Below are positions 28,235 to 36,995 of a stretch of DNA of 64,000 bases, one piece after another (the stretch's first letter is position 1; the number at the start of each line of letters is the position of its first letter). The position numbers and the translations under genes were made by a program. The DNA is from a virus (lineage: Duplodnaviria; Caudoviricetes), in the IMG/VR virus record IMGVR_UViG_3300014204_000169, positions 1 through 64,000 of that record. One strand, 5' to 3'. The notes beneath the pieces are model-generated. The model was not told where the DNA came from and did not search any database. It worked only from the letters and a program-made list of their open reading frames with translations.

Positions 28235-28577
28235 ATTTTTCCTTATGGAGGGATTCGATATCCGCACATACTTGTTCAATGTATCCGGTTAGTATATTTT
28301 TCTTCTTTAGGCTTATTCGTACTTCATCAAGAAATGCGTGTAGTATATCTACAGAATTATTTTCCTTAAAAATCTTATCTCCAAATTTAATAAATTCTTC
28401 TGCAATCTTTCTTATAGCAGTCATTTCAGAATGTGACTTTACATAATCCGTAACCATTTTTCTTAACACACCAGATTTATCTGTACCAAGAGAAATGGTT
28501 ATTAAACTAAAGGCTTCTGCAATTTCTGTAGGAAGATATGCGCCTACTAGTTTTTCCTGTATAGCTATTAGTGACAT
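28101..28577 (-). CDS. Putative ribbon-helix-helix DNA-binding protein
   Basis: N-terminal beta-alpha-alpha pattern VGAYLP.EIAEAF...GTDKS.VLRKMV..YV; 3' end overlaps recA. Confidence 0.4.
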   Translation of the reverse strand: MSLIAIQEKLVGAYLPTEIAEAFSLITISLGTDKSGVLRKMVTDYVKSHSEMTAIRKIAEEFIKFGDKIFKENNSVDILHAFLDEVRISLKKKNILTGYIEQVCADIESLHKEKYVTNKTSLRVRRGNPNISRTTREETKEENTHTPKHRLSGRRKRI

Positions 28578-28771
28578 AATTTTGCTCTTTCTAATTGTTT
28601 ATATGGATTATTATTTTTATCCCCAGAAGGTTTAACCCATTTAGTGTTTGGACATACACCATCATCTTTTAAAAATTTCATTTCTCTAAATGCCCCACAA
28701 ACATAACACCATTCAATAAAACCATTATAAATTAACCAACTGTTTCTTTCATGTCTGCATCTTGTTTTCAT
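28568..28771 (-). CDS. Hypothetical protein
   Basis: WCY.CGAFR..W.KP. Confidence 0.45.
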   Translation of the reverse strand: MKTRCRHERNSWLIYNGFIEWCYVCGAFREMKFLKDDGVCPNTKWVKPSGDKNNNPYKQLERAKLCH

Positions 28772-28898
28772 ATTGAACCTTTTAGTAATATGTAGTATAG
28801 GGCTTGAGTACCTACTCTTAGTCTTGGTGCTAAGTCTACGGTTAAATCAACAGATCTTAATCCCCGTTATGTGTCCTTCCACATCGACTACATTTTAT

Positions 28899-29048
28899 TT
28901 ATCTCCTATAGCCTTCCCCGTTACAGGGAATACAAACAAAGCCTTTACTGCTTTTCCCTGTACCGGAGCAAGCTACACATCTTTTATTAAGAGAGTTATG
29001 AATTTTATTTAACGTCTTAGCTTCTTCTTTACGAGTGAATTTTTTTTT
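28899..29048 (-). CDS. Start-less DnaJ-type zinc-finger frame (-1 extension of SSB)
   Basis: Reads KFTRKEEAKTLNKIHNSLNKRCVACSGTGKSSKGFVCIPCNGEGYRR*. No ATG/GTG/TTG after the upstream TGA; begins at the A9 run. Confidence 0.55.
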   Translation of the reverse strand, partial: KKKFTRKEEAKTLNKIHNSLNKRCVACSGTGKSSKGFVCIPCNGEGYRR

Positions 29049-30142
29049 ACTACAACTGGTTCTTCATCATCTTCATCCTCATCTTCAGGCTCTTCATCCT
29101 CATCTTCATCTTCGTCTTCATCATTGTCAGTAAAGTCAGCATCATCTTCATCTTCGTCTTCATCATCGTCAGTAATAGGTTTCTTTTTGGACTTAGGTTT
29201 TGCTACACGCTCATCCTCCTCATCTTCATCTTCAGGCTCTTCATCCTCATCTTCTACTTCAACTGCTTTTTTACTGGTTTTCTTTGGTTTAGTGTTTAAT
29301 TCAAAATCTTCATCCTCATCTTCAACTTCTGCTACTACAGATTTCTTACTAGATTTCTTTACTGGAACATCTTCTTCATCGTCGTCATTTATCTCTTTGA
29401 ACTTCTTATCAAGCTCTTCATAAGAGAGTACAACAAGCAAATCATCAAGCTTTGGAACAGTCTTCAAAATGTCATCAGTAAAAGCTTTCTTTCTTGGAAC
29501 AAAATCTATCCTACTTGCTTCAGGAAAATTCTTACCAGCAAATTCACCTTTAGCAAAACGAACCTTCAATGTAAAACCTTCTTCAGAAGGATCAAAGAAA
29601 AGTAGATTCTCAGGATTCTCTTCAAGCTCATCCAGTAACATCTTTTGAAGTCCATATTGAGTAATATCTAAAATACTTAACTTTGATTCAAGATCCATAT
29701 TTACTTTAGGATCAGAACTCTTACGGGGAATAATCACATAAAGGTTCATTTCCTGATATTTCAGAGCCTTTATTTCATCAGATTTATAATCAGCCCCTTC
29801 TTTTAGTAATTTTGCCTTGTATTCACAAATAGGGCATTTCTTACCATAAGTTGAAGGGCAAATTACATATTCATTAGCAGCACCAACCCCACGATGCCTA
29901 CGATATGGTTTCCGATACCACATAGTCCCAGGAGTAGCAATTTCATTCTCTTCATCCCGGCACATATGACGCTTATCCGTCACTGTATAAGGAAGGACAT
30001 CAAATAAAACTGTTTCCCCACCTTTAAGCTGTATTACTGGAATATCTGAAGGTACTCTAAGATACTTAGACCCCCCTTTAGTTTTTTCTCGTTTGTTATC
30101 TGCACTTACTTTTGATTTGTACTTATCAGAAAATTTACTCAT
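29009..30142 (-). CDS. gp32-like single-stranded DNA-binding protein with long acidic tail
   Basis: Y..PY..H..., CP.T.GK.CPICE zinc site; ~120-aa D/E-rich C-terminus. Confidence 0.7.
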   Translation of the reverse strand: MSKFSDKYKSKVSADNKREKTKGGSKYLRVPSDIPVIQLKGGETVLFDVLPYTVTDKRHMCRDEENEIATPGTMWYRKPYRRHRGVGAANEYVICPSTYGKKCPICEYKAKLLKEGADYKSDEIKALKYQEMNLYVIIPRKSSDPKVNMDLESKLSILDITQYGLQKMLLDELEENPENLLFFDPSEEGFTLKVRFAKGEFAGKNFPEASRIDFVPRKKAFTDDILKTVPKLDDLLVVLSYEELDKKFKEINDDDEEDVPVKKSSKKSVVAEVEDEDEDFELNTKPKKTSKKAVEVEDEDEEPEDEDEEDERVAKPKSKKKPITDDDEDEDEDDADFTDNDEDEDEDEDEEPEDEDEDDEEPVVVKKNSLVKKKLRR

Positions 30143-30173
30143 GTAATACTTTCTCCTTTAATTGTTAAACTGA

Positions 30174-30446
30174 TTACTTAAATTGTTGAAAAACATGACC
30201 TACAAAATTACCAGATTCTAATTGATATGTACCAATATAATGTAGATTAGTGCCACTATCAATTTCAAACCCAGTACCTTTTATAATAATATTAAGTGTC
30301 TCTTTTTCTATTTCATTTAAATCAACAAGAATCCAAATATTTGGTTGATTATATTGAACTTGAACACAAAGTATTCTTGAATTAACAGGAACTTCAATTT
30401 CCTGCAACCCTGTTGTTTGAAGAGTGTATTTATAAATTGAATACAT
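30174..30446 (-). CDS. Conserved phage hypothetical protein
   Basis: IYKY.L...EIEVP..RIL.VQ.Q...W.LVD...GTG....YIGTYQ..GHVF. Confidence 0.55.
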   Translation of the reverse strand: MYSIYKYTLQTTGLQEIEVPVNSRILCVQVQYNQPNIWILVDLNEIEKETLNIIIKGTGFEIDSGTNLHYIGTYQLESGNFVGHVFQQFK

Positions 30447-30456
30447 AGTTTCCTTT

Positions 30457-30666
30457 CTAAACTACTTTCACAACTGTTACTTCAGTTCCCCAAGGTAATA
30501 ATCCTGCTGTTGTTTTTATTAAAATACTTTTTTGTGGTTGAATAGCACAAATATGATGAATACTTTTATCATTTTTAACAGTAAAAGATTCTCTAATAAT
30601 AACAGCTTCAATCTTTTTAATATACGGAAAATCTTTTAATGTTGGTTTCTTTTTAGGTTTAGTCAT
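30457..30666 (-). CDS. Hypothetical protein
   Basis: Co-oriented, abutting neighbours. Confidence 0.45.
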   Translation of the reverse strand: MTKPKKKPTLKDFPYIKKIEAVIIRESFTVKNDKSIHHICAIQPQKSILIKTTAGLLPWGTEVTVVKVV

Positions 30667-30892
30667 TTACATCAACCTCTGGGATAAACATAAAATGAAT
30701 ATTGTTTTGTGCAGCTACATTAATAATAAATTCATATACAGTAAGATTTAATAACTCTTCTGGTTCAAAAAATCCTCCAGCAGAATTTATAACGTGATCT
30801 AATTCCATAAAAGTCTTTGCGCGCTTAAATTGAATTCTTTGTTCTGCCTTATTCTGTTCACTTTGAATCTTGCTTGGTTTAGTATTTTCCAT
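30659..30892 (-). CDS. Hypothetical protein
   Basis: Co-oriented, abutting neighbours. Confidence 0.5.
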   Translation of the reverse strand: MENTKPSKIQSEQNKAEQRIQFKRAKTFMELDHVINSAGGFFEPEELLNLTVYEFIINVAAQNNIHFMFIPEVDVND

Positions 30893-30901
30893 ATTTATTT
30901 C

Positions 30902-31231
30902 CTAAGCTTTATAAGTTAAATCTTCTACAGTACAAATACTTTCAGCCCCATCATATTCTTCAATTCTAAAAATTGTACCTATAGGAAGCCATGCTATTAC
31001 TAAATCAGAAGTTCCCCCTGTATAAGCATCAACACCTAAATTTTCCTTAACCCACACATCATTAATTTCACTTTGTCTATTTGCTAAAATTAGCTCAATT
31101 ACTTTTGGTTCAAATGGGTTTATTTTTTTATTCCATGTAGTCCAACCAGCACCAAAAGAAGGAGAATATGCAACAGCAACTTTTCCTTTTTTAATTACTC
31201 TATCTTTAGTAATCTCAATCTTTGCTTTCAT
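30902..31231 (-). CDS. Conserved phage hypothetical protein
   Basis: KVAVAYSP.FGAGWTTW...FRIEEYDGAESI. Confidence 0.55.
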   Translation of the reverse strand: MKAKIEITKDRVIKKGKVAVAYSPSFGAGWTTWNKKINPFEPKVIELILANRQSEINDVWVKENLGVDAYTGGTSDLVIAWLPIGTIFRIEEYDGAESICTVEDLTYKA

Positions 31232-31235
31232 TGTT

Positions 31236-31739
31236 TTATTTCCTTACTAATTTCTTCTTCATTTTAGATGCAGTTTCAATATCACTCTTTTGCTGCCTTT
31301 GCTTATTCTCCCACTCCTTGCCTAAATCCCTTGGAACAGATGGGCCAGCGAAATAATTTGCACTATAGAGTTTTACTAAATTCTCTAATGCAGCTTTTCT
31401 ACCAAAGCTCATTTCCATATAAATTGAATGTGCTACTTCAGCATCATAGGTAGCTTGTATAAAAGCATCTTTAGCAGCAATATGATCTTTATGAGTGCGA
31501 TAGAAAGCTTCTATATCTATAGCTGTTGGCTTCTCCTTCCTAATATATTTCATTGGATTATCATTAGCCATTTTTACTAATTTAGATCTAATGATCTTAA
31601 TATCTTCTTCTGCTTCAGCAGCAAGCCTTTTCATCTTAGCAGCATACTTGCCATATTTGATACCTATACTGCTCTGTTCTAACCAGCAGGTATCCAGGGA
31701 TAACGGATCAATCTGTTTGTCTTTTTCGTAATCTAACAT
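31236..31739 (-). CDS. UvsY-like recombination mediator
   Basis: MLDYEKD.QID..SLD..WLEQ...helical...K.ALENLVKL....YFAGP; near recA and ssb. Confidence 0.5.
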   Translation of the reverse strand: MLDYEKDKQIDPLSLDTCWLEQSSIGIKYGKYAAKMKRLAAEAEEDIKIIRSKLVKMANDNPMKYIRKEKPTAIDIEAFYRTHKDHIAAKDAFIQATYDAEVAHSIYMEMSFGRKAALENLVKLYSANYFAGPSVPRDLGKEWENKQRQQKSDIETASKMKKKLVRK

Positions 31740-31743
31740 ATTT

Positions 31744-31923
31744 TTACACACCTTTTGATATGTATTGCTCAAACTCTTTTGCTCTTTCAATAATTGCATT
31801 TGTTGTAGCTAGACTTAAAATACCAGATTTGCACGTATTTTCAAAAACAGTACTTTGAATACTGCAAACAGCTAAATCTAATGCTTGTCTCCTAATCATC
31901 TTTTTTGTAGGTTCATCTTCCAT
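31744..31923 (-). CDS. Hypothetical protein (59 aa)
   Basis: Hand translation MEDEPTKKMIRRQALDLAV...IIERAKEFEQYI. Confidence 0.4.
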   Translation of the reverse strand: MEDEPTKKMIRRQALDLAVCSIQSTVFENTCKSGILSLATTNAIIERAKEFEQYISKGV

Positions 31924-31950
31924 TTTGTTCTCCGTTTGAGGCTGTATTTT

Positions 31951-32193
31951 TTATTTCTCTGGTTTCTTAGGTTTAGATGATGTTTCTCGTTCATATTTAT
32001 CTAATTCTGATTTTTGTTCAGGTGTTAATTTCCCTGTTAAAATAAAATTTGCTAATACAGAATAACCATCATCTTGCGTTTTCTTTTTGTTTTTCATATT
32101 TATATTATACACTAAATCAAGGAAAGTTTTAAAGGTTTTTAAAGTAACCTCAAGATTTATTTTTAGGACTTCACTATTTTGTAGCAATTCCAA
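31951..32193 (-). CDS. Hypothetical protein
   Basis: Co-oriented. Confidence 0.4.
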   Translation of the reverse strand: MELLQNSEVLKINLEVTLKTFKTFLDLVYNINMKNKKKTQDDGYSVLANFILTGKLTPEQKSELDKYERETSSKPKKPEK

Positions 32194-33095
32194 GTAATCA
32201 TAGGCATACCACTATCATAGGTATTAGACATAAACTCATCCAGGATACACGCAGCACGATTATTTTCACCATTGAGCAGAACAGCACTAAAATATCCCAA
32301 AATGACTCTGCGAATGCTCTCAGGTTCTTCTTCCTTCAAACCTTTTAGTATCCCCGCAACCGTTTTCCAGTTGGACTTTGATAACAATGCTCTACACAAG
32401 TCAATAATTTGATTCGTACTCTCAGCAGATCTTTTAGCAATAGCAAGCCTATCTTGTCCATCAGCAGCAAGAACCTGATCCAAAATCTGTAAAGCATTTC
32501 TTGGGTGGCCTTGACTATCTTGGATAATTTGATCATAAATTTCCTGTTCTAACTTTTGTCCTTCTTTTTTTACTATAGATTTTAGTAAACTTAACATCTC
32601 AGAATCAGATAATACTGTCATAGTGTATTGGGTACAACGATTTCTGACAGTTAGTAAAAGCTTTTGAGGATCAGTTGTAGCAAGTATATAGTAAACATGG
32701 CTTGGTGTATCTTCTAAAGCTTTTAGTAAGGCACTCATTGCATCAGATGATAATTTGTGGCATTCATCAATAAAGAATATTCGGCAACCCCCTTTTGTGG
32801 GTTTAAATTGACTCTTGCTACGAATATCCCGGATTTGATCAATCCCACGAAAACTAGCAGAATCAAGTTCTGTAAAATCAGTATCTACACAACCCAAGGC
32901 TGATGCAATAATTCTTGCTAGTGTTGTCTTTCCTGTACCACTTGGGCCAGTTAGTAAAAAAGATCGAGGCCTCTTATCTTCTGGTTTTTTAAGCATTATC
33001 TGCAAGTTAGTAATTGCAGATTTATTACCAATTACTTCTTCAAATGTTTTTGGCCTATACCTTTTATACAAAGGGCCAACATCTTCACTTTTCAT
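32163..33095 (-). CDS. dnaX: DNA polymerase III gamma/tau-like clamp loader AAA+ ATPase
   Basis: LYKRYRPKTF.EVIG, GPSGTGKTT, IDECH.LS..A..ALLK.LE, G.PRNAL..LDQ. Confidence 0.85.
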   Translation of the reverse strand: MKSEDVGPLYKRYRPKTFEEVIGNKSAITNLQIMLKKPEDKRPRSFLLTGPSGTGKTTLARIIASALGCVDTDFTELDSASFRGIDQIRDIRSKSQFKPTKGGCRIFFIDECHKLSSDAMSALLKALEDTPSHVYYILATTDPQKLLLTVRNRCTQYTMTVLSDSEMLSLLKSIVKKEGQKLEQEIYDQIIQDSQGHPRNALQILDQVLAADGQDRLAIAKRSAESTNQIIDLCRALLSKSNWKTVAGILKGLKEEEPESIRRVILGYFSAVLLNGENNRAACILDEFMSNTYDSGMPMITWNCYKIVKS

Positions 33096-33271
33096 TAATC
33101 CCCCAATTTATAAAAATATCTTGCCCCAATAAAAATTGCAATTATACTAGTCCCAATAATTTCTATTGCATACCAAGAATGAAAATCAAAAATAATAATT
33201 GATATTAGTGAAAATATACCCAATATTATAAATGAAAGCGCTAGTGCAGAAGTTAGCATATTAGGTTTCAT
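33095..33271 (-). CDS. Small two-TM membrane protein (58 aa)
   Basis: Hand translation; TAATG overlap with dnaX start. Confidence 0.45.
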   Translation of the reverse strand: MKPNMLTSALALSFIILGIFSLISIIIFDFHSWYAIEIIGTSIIAIFIGARYFYKLGD

Positions 33272-33555
33272 TCACACCTCCTAAATACTAATAAAAGCAA
33301 ATCACATTGAACTTGGTTTAACTTCCCATATTTTTTATATGATGCTGATGTATTTTTTGCCCAGTCTAAATCTACTGGAGTAATTTTACTAGAGTTACTA
33401 ATAATATGTTTAAGCATGAGTTTTACTTGTTCATGTTCTTCTTCAGTCATTTTAACTCTCTTCTTTATATACTTTTGTTTACATGGGTAAACCCCTACTT
33501 CATTTAGTATAAGTTCTTCTTCAATAGGTTTCTTTTTTCTAATAAACTGTTTCAT
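33268..33555 (-). CDS. Hypothetical protein
   Basis: Co-oriented. Confidence 0.4.
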   Translation of the reverse strand: MKQFIRKKKPIEEELILNEVGVYPCKQKYIKKRVKMTEEEHEQVKLMLKHIISNSSKITPVDLDWAKNTSASYKKYGKLNQVQCDLLLLVFRRCE

Positions 33556-33652
33556 TAATATTTTCTTTTCTTAATAATTGAACAAAGGCAATCTAAAACA
33601 ATTCCGATGCAAATAATACATAGTAAAATTTTAGATAAACTCATAAAAATCC

Positions 33653-35044
33653 TTATGCAGCTATTTTCTTCTTCATTGACCAAGGCTCATCAATTCCAGC
33701 TATTTCAAAATCCACACTAAAAGGTATGGTAATCCAATCCCAATGTTTTGGTAAATCAATAGTAACAACTTTTTTAATACTACTAATAATATAACTTAAC
33801 TCAGAAGGGGCAATATCCCAAACCATGCTGTCATGCACTTGCCCTAAAAGACGCGACTCTAACTTCTCTTTTCTTTGTAGTTTGTCCAACTTAATAAAAC
33901 TATATAAAAGGGTATGGAAAGATGGCCCCTGTATAGGGTAATTACAAACTTGCTTTTTATCCATCAATCCAGAACAACGAAATCCAGTAACAGTATCAAA
34001 GTACCCTTTTTTTTGATACTCTGCCCAAAATGAATCTTTCCATTTATTATATACCCTGAATCGTCTTTGCCAAAAGTCTTTTTCAACTGATTGTAAATGA
34101 TTTACAAAATCTTCAAAACACTTAATCCCATTTTTTATTAAATGATCTGAAATATAAGAACTACCTAATTTAATACCTTGTCCCGGTTTCCATTTCCCTT
34201 CAGAAAGCTTACACCAGTCTAAAGCTAAGTATCCTGCACAAGATCTATACCAATCACCATAAAACTGAGCAAATACAAATCCATTTTTAGCTGCTTGTCT
34301 AAGTAGTTCAAATCCTTCTAATTTTCCATCAAAGGTTTTTAGTAAAAATATTTGCATTGCCATATCACGATGCATATCTGTAGTAGGATCAGTAACATAC
34401 TTTTCCATAACAGGATCATGATGGACACACACCGAAGTTTTCACTTCTGCTCCCTTCCAATCGGCTTCCAGCAGTTGATGTCCTGGCCTTGGAATAATCC
34501 CACTACGTACAACCTGCATTGATTCTTCATCCCGTTTTGGAATATTTTGAAAATTTGGATTTGAGCTGCTTGAACGAAAACTTACTACATTATGAAGATT
34601 AAAAAAAGGGTGTACAATACCATCTACAGCTTCCCTAATATAAGCATCAAGATAAGTATCTCGAAGTTTCTTTAATTTTCTCATTTGTAGTAATCCAGAC
34701 ATTTCTGGAATCCTAAGTTGCATTAAAGCATCTTCATCTGTTGAACCATAACCTTTTTCTGTGAAAGATTTTGGAGTTATCTTTTTTACTTTATAAAGAA
34801 ATGATGCAAGTTGAGCATTGGAATTAATATTAACTTTACCATGAAATGCGTGACTCCATTGCTTATAAAAATTACTTTGCTTAAATTCTTTTTCTAAATT
34901 AGTAATTCTTTCAGTTAGAATTTCTTTCTGTTCAATACAGTATTTTTGGTCCGTAAGCATCCCATAGTTTTCTGCTCTAAAAAATGCTAAAGAACCTTGC
35001 TGAAGAAGTTGTAAAGCATCAAGTCGTGAAGATTGCATTTTCAT
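33653..35044 (-). CDS. polA: Family A DNA polymerase, polymerase (C-terminal) half
   Basis: SFRSSSSNPNFQNIP, motif A EADWKGAEV, motif B RQAAK...F...YG, NYPIQG, motif C QVHDS. Confidence 0.9.
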   Translation of the reverse strand: MKMQSSRLDALQLLQQGSLAFFRAENYGMLTDQKYCIEQKEILTERITNLEKEFKQSNFYKQWSHAFHGKVNINSNAQLASFLYKVKKITPKSFTEKGYGSTDEDALMQLRIPEMSGLLQMRKLKKLRDTYLDAYIREAVDGIVHPFFNLHNVVSFRSSSSNPNFQNIPKRDEESMQVVRSGIIPRPGHQLLEADWKGAEVKTSVCVHHDPVMEKYVTDPTTDMHRDMAMQIFLLKTFDGKLEGFELLRQAAKNGFVFAQFYGDWYRSCAGYLALDWCKLSEGKWKPGQGIKLGSSYISDHLIKNGIKCFEDFVNHLQSVEKDFWQRRFRVYNKWKDSFWAEYQKKGYFDTVTGFRCSGLMDKKQVCNYPIQGPSFHTLLYSFIKLDKLQRKEKLESRLLGQVHDSMVWDIAPSELSYIISSIKKVVTIDLPKHWDWITIPFSVDFEIAGIDEPWSMKKKIAA

Positions 35045-35274
35045 ATCCAAGTTTTAGTAAAACAATCCCATGTACAATTACATCTATCACATAACATTTT
35101 ATTATGTGGTGCTTGTATAGCATTGTACACAGACTCAACTACAACATATTTACAGGAAGGGCATTTATAAACAGGTAAAGGTGGGTGTCCATATTCCGTT
35201 CCATCACAAAAAGAACAACCTTTTCCTGTAATAGATTTTTCAAAACCTTCAGATTTACATATATCACATTGCAT
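35041..35274 (-). CDS. Cys-rich zinc-finger protein
   Basis: Four CxxC pairs. Confidence 0.5.
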   Translation of the reverse strand: MQCDICKSEGFEKSITGKGCSFCDGTEYGHPPLPVYKCPSCKYVVVESVYNAIQAPHNKMLCDRCNCTWDCFTKTWI

Positions 35275-35276
35275 AT

Positions 35277-35663
35277 TTACACCAAATATAACTCTTTCTT
35301 TCCAAGTTTAGTAAATTTATTAATAGTATCTTCAGTTCCACCAGTACGATCTTTTGCTACACAAGCTATAAGTATATCAGAAGTATTTGCAATATCAGTA
35401 TTCCGAATAAAACCAGCAAGATTTTTATGCCTATCCCAATCGGCTGGAAAGATTAGTAAAGGTAAACAATAGAGCTTTGCCAATAACTCCGCAAACCTAT
35501 CTGCACCTTTAGGACACCCACCAGAACAAATAATTAGTTCATGTTGATCTTTCATGAACTTCTTGAGTGTTTGATGTACTAATAAATAAGCTTCCTTAGA
35601 ATCTCTTCGTCTTGTTCCCACAATTCCAATTACTGTTTTTCCATTTATCATAATGATTCCCAA
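35277..35663 (-). CDS. SLOG-superfamily (YspA/DUF2493-like) protein
   Basis: GIVGTR, SGGCPKGADRFAE, AGFIRN..IA, GGT.DTI. Confidence 0.65.
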   Translation of the reverse strand: MGIIMINGKTVIGIVGTRRRDSKEAYLLVHQTLKKFMKDQHELIICSGGCPKGADRFAELLAKLYCLPLLIFPADWDRHKNLAGFIRNTDIANTSDILIACVAKDRTGGTEDTINKFTKLGKKELYLV

Positions 35664-35971
35664 TCTGTATTTACTTTATGCATTATTTCTTTTTCTGACA
35701 TCCCTTCAATAGCATAAACAATAAAATGATTAGTTCCCCCATATTTACTCTTTTGCCATATTTGTTTACGAATATATAGTTCTGAAATTATTATATTTGA
35801 TGGTTCTTCATATTCATCAGGAATAGTGAATTTAGGTATTGACTTTATATCTAATTGTATAAAATATAATTCCTGATCTAAACAAATAGTTTCTTTATCA
35901 TGTGCCCCACCAATTAAGGCATACATAATTAATCCTTTCATGAATACTGCCATCCTTCCTTTTCCGCACAT
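35648..35971 (-). CDS. Hypothetical protein
   Basis: LIGG.HD; lies within the polA split. Confidence 0.4.
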   Translation of the reverse strand: MCGKGRMAVFMKGLIMYALIGGAHDKETICLDQELYFIQLDIKSIPKFTIPDEYEEPSNIIISELYIRKQIWQKSKYGGTNHFIVYAIEGMSEKEIMHKVNTDWESL

Positions 35972-36183
35972 TCATCACATATAGCAAACTTTTTTGTTGT
36001 ATTAGATTTATTAAAAGTAATAACTTTAGTATGCCCACAATCAAGGTCATAAGACATAGTTACTACTTTTACTGTATGCATATTACCCATTATTTGTTTA
36101 GTGACTAACTCTTCTACTCTATTTACTTTTAGTATATTTCGATAGAAATCTTTTCTGGTTTTTCGCATAAACACCTTTAACAA
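35938..36183 (-). CDS. Hypothetical protein
   Basis: LDCGH...CDEC. Confidence 0.4.
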   Translation of the reverse strand: MLKVFMRKTRKDFYRNILKVNRVEELVTKQIMGNMHTVKVVTMSYDLDCGHTKVITFNKSNTTKKFAICDECAEKEGWQYS

Positions 36184-36485
36184 ACTGTATTACAACTGAG
36201 TATAGATGGATTATTAAAAAAAGTAGTACAATTATATTTAAAATGAAATTTTTCCATTTCTTTTTTTCTTAATTCTCTTTGTAGTTTTTCCCACACAACA
36301 GGATGCATTATTAAAGAATCGTTGCCTATTTGAAGTATATAATCTTTTGGTACGTTCTTATAATTTTTTTGATTTTTACTAAACTTCTTTTGTATTCGTT
36401 TCTTTTTACTTCTTGGAAAAATTACTTGAACTCGATCAAACATATTTTGATCTAAGATTACATGTAATCCATTAAAAGTAAGCAT
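36177..36485 (-). CDS. Hypothetical protein
   Basis: FPRSKKKRIQKKF...MHP. Confidence 0.5.
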   Translation of the reverse strand: MLTFNGLHVILDQNMFDRVQVIFPRSKKKRIQKKFSKNQKNYKNVPKDYILQIGNDSLIMHPVVWEKLQRELRKKEMEKFHFKYNCTTFFNNPSILSCNTVC

Positions 36486-36611
36486 TAAATATCACCTCTA
36501 GTAATTTATTTAATAAATTATATGCGCTTCTACAAATTGTATATGCCAGTAAGAAATCTATAAAATTCCAATCTCCAACTTTTTTACCATATACATTATT
36601 TTTGATACTCA

Positions 36612-36995
36612 TTAAATAGTTCCTCTTCGTTCTTCTTGAAAATGACAATCAGCACAAGTGAAAATATATCTTGGTTCTGGAGATAATGTAGTAAGAACTA
36701 TTTTTTGAATATTAATACTTTTACACTTAGGACATTTTTCTTGTAGTAAAGATTTTGCATACTCAATTTCTTCTTGAGTTAATGAATTTATTTTATTTGC
36801 AAATTGTTGATCTATTTGTTTATCGGCTTCTTCTAATTTCTTTCGTTCTTTATACTCTAAAATTGTTTCTGCTATGTTATATGCGAGAGTAACCTGAGAT
36901 TTCAAATCATTTTTAGGAAATCCCGTAACAATATAATCTTTTAAGTAAAACGAAGCAATAATATCCACAACACCAAACTGATTTTCATCTTTCAT
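36612..36995 (-). CDS. Zinc-ribbon protein
   Basis: C-terminal CPKC...FTCADC. Confidence 0.5.
   Translation of the reverse strand: MKDENQFGVVDIIASFYLKDYIVTGFPKNDLKSQVTLAYNIAETILEYKERKKLEEADKQIDQQFANKINSLTQEEIEYAKSLLQEKCPKCKSINIQKIVLTTLSPEPRYIFTCADCHFQEERRGTI

Noticed and set aside
28773-29012. 79-aa + strand ORF
   Set aside because: Opposite to operon polarity; the minus strand carries the zinc-finger frame
29124-29423. Ser-rich + strand ORF
   Set aside because: Antisense shadow of the SSB acidic tail
35050-36985. Group I/II intron or intein splitting polA
   Set aside because: The gap is filled with ordinary coupled ORFs; no homing nuclease, RT or splice-junction residues
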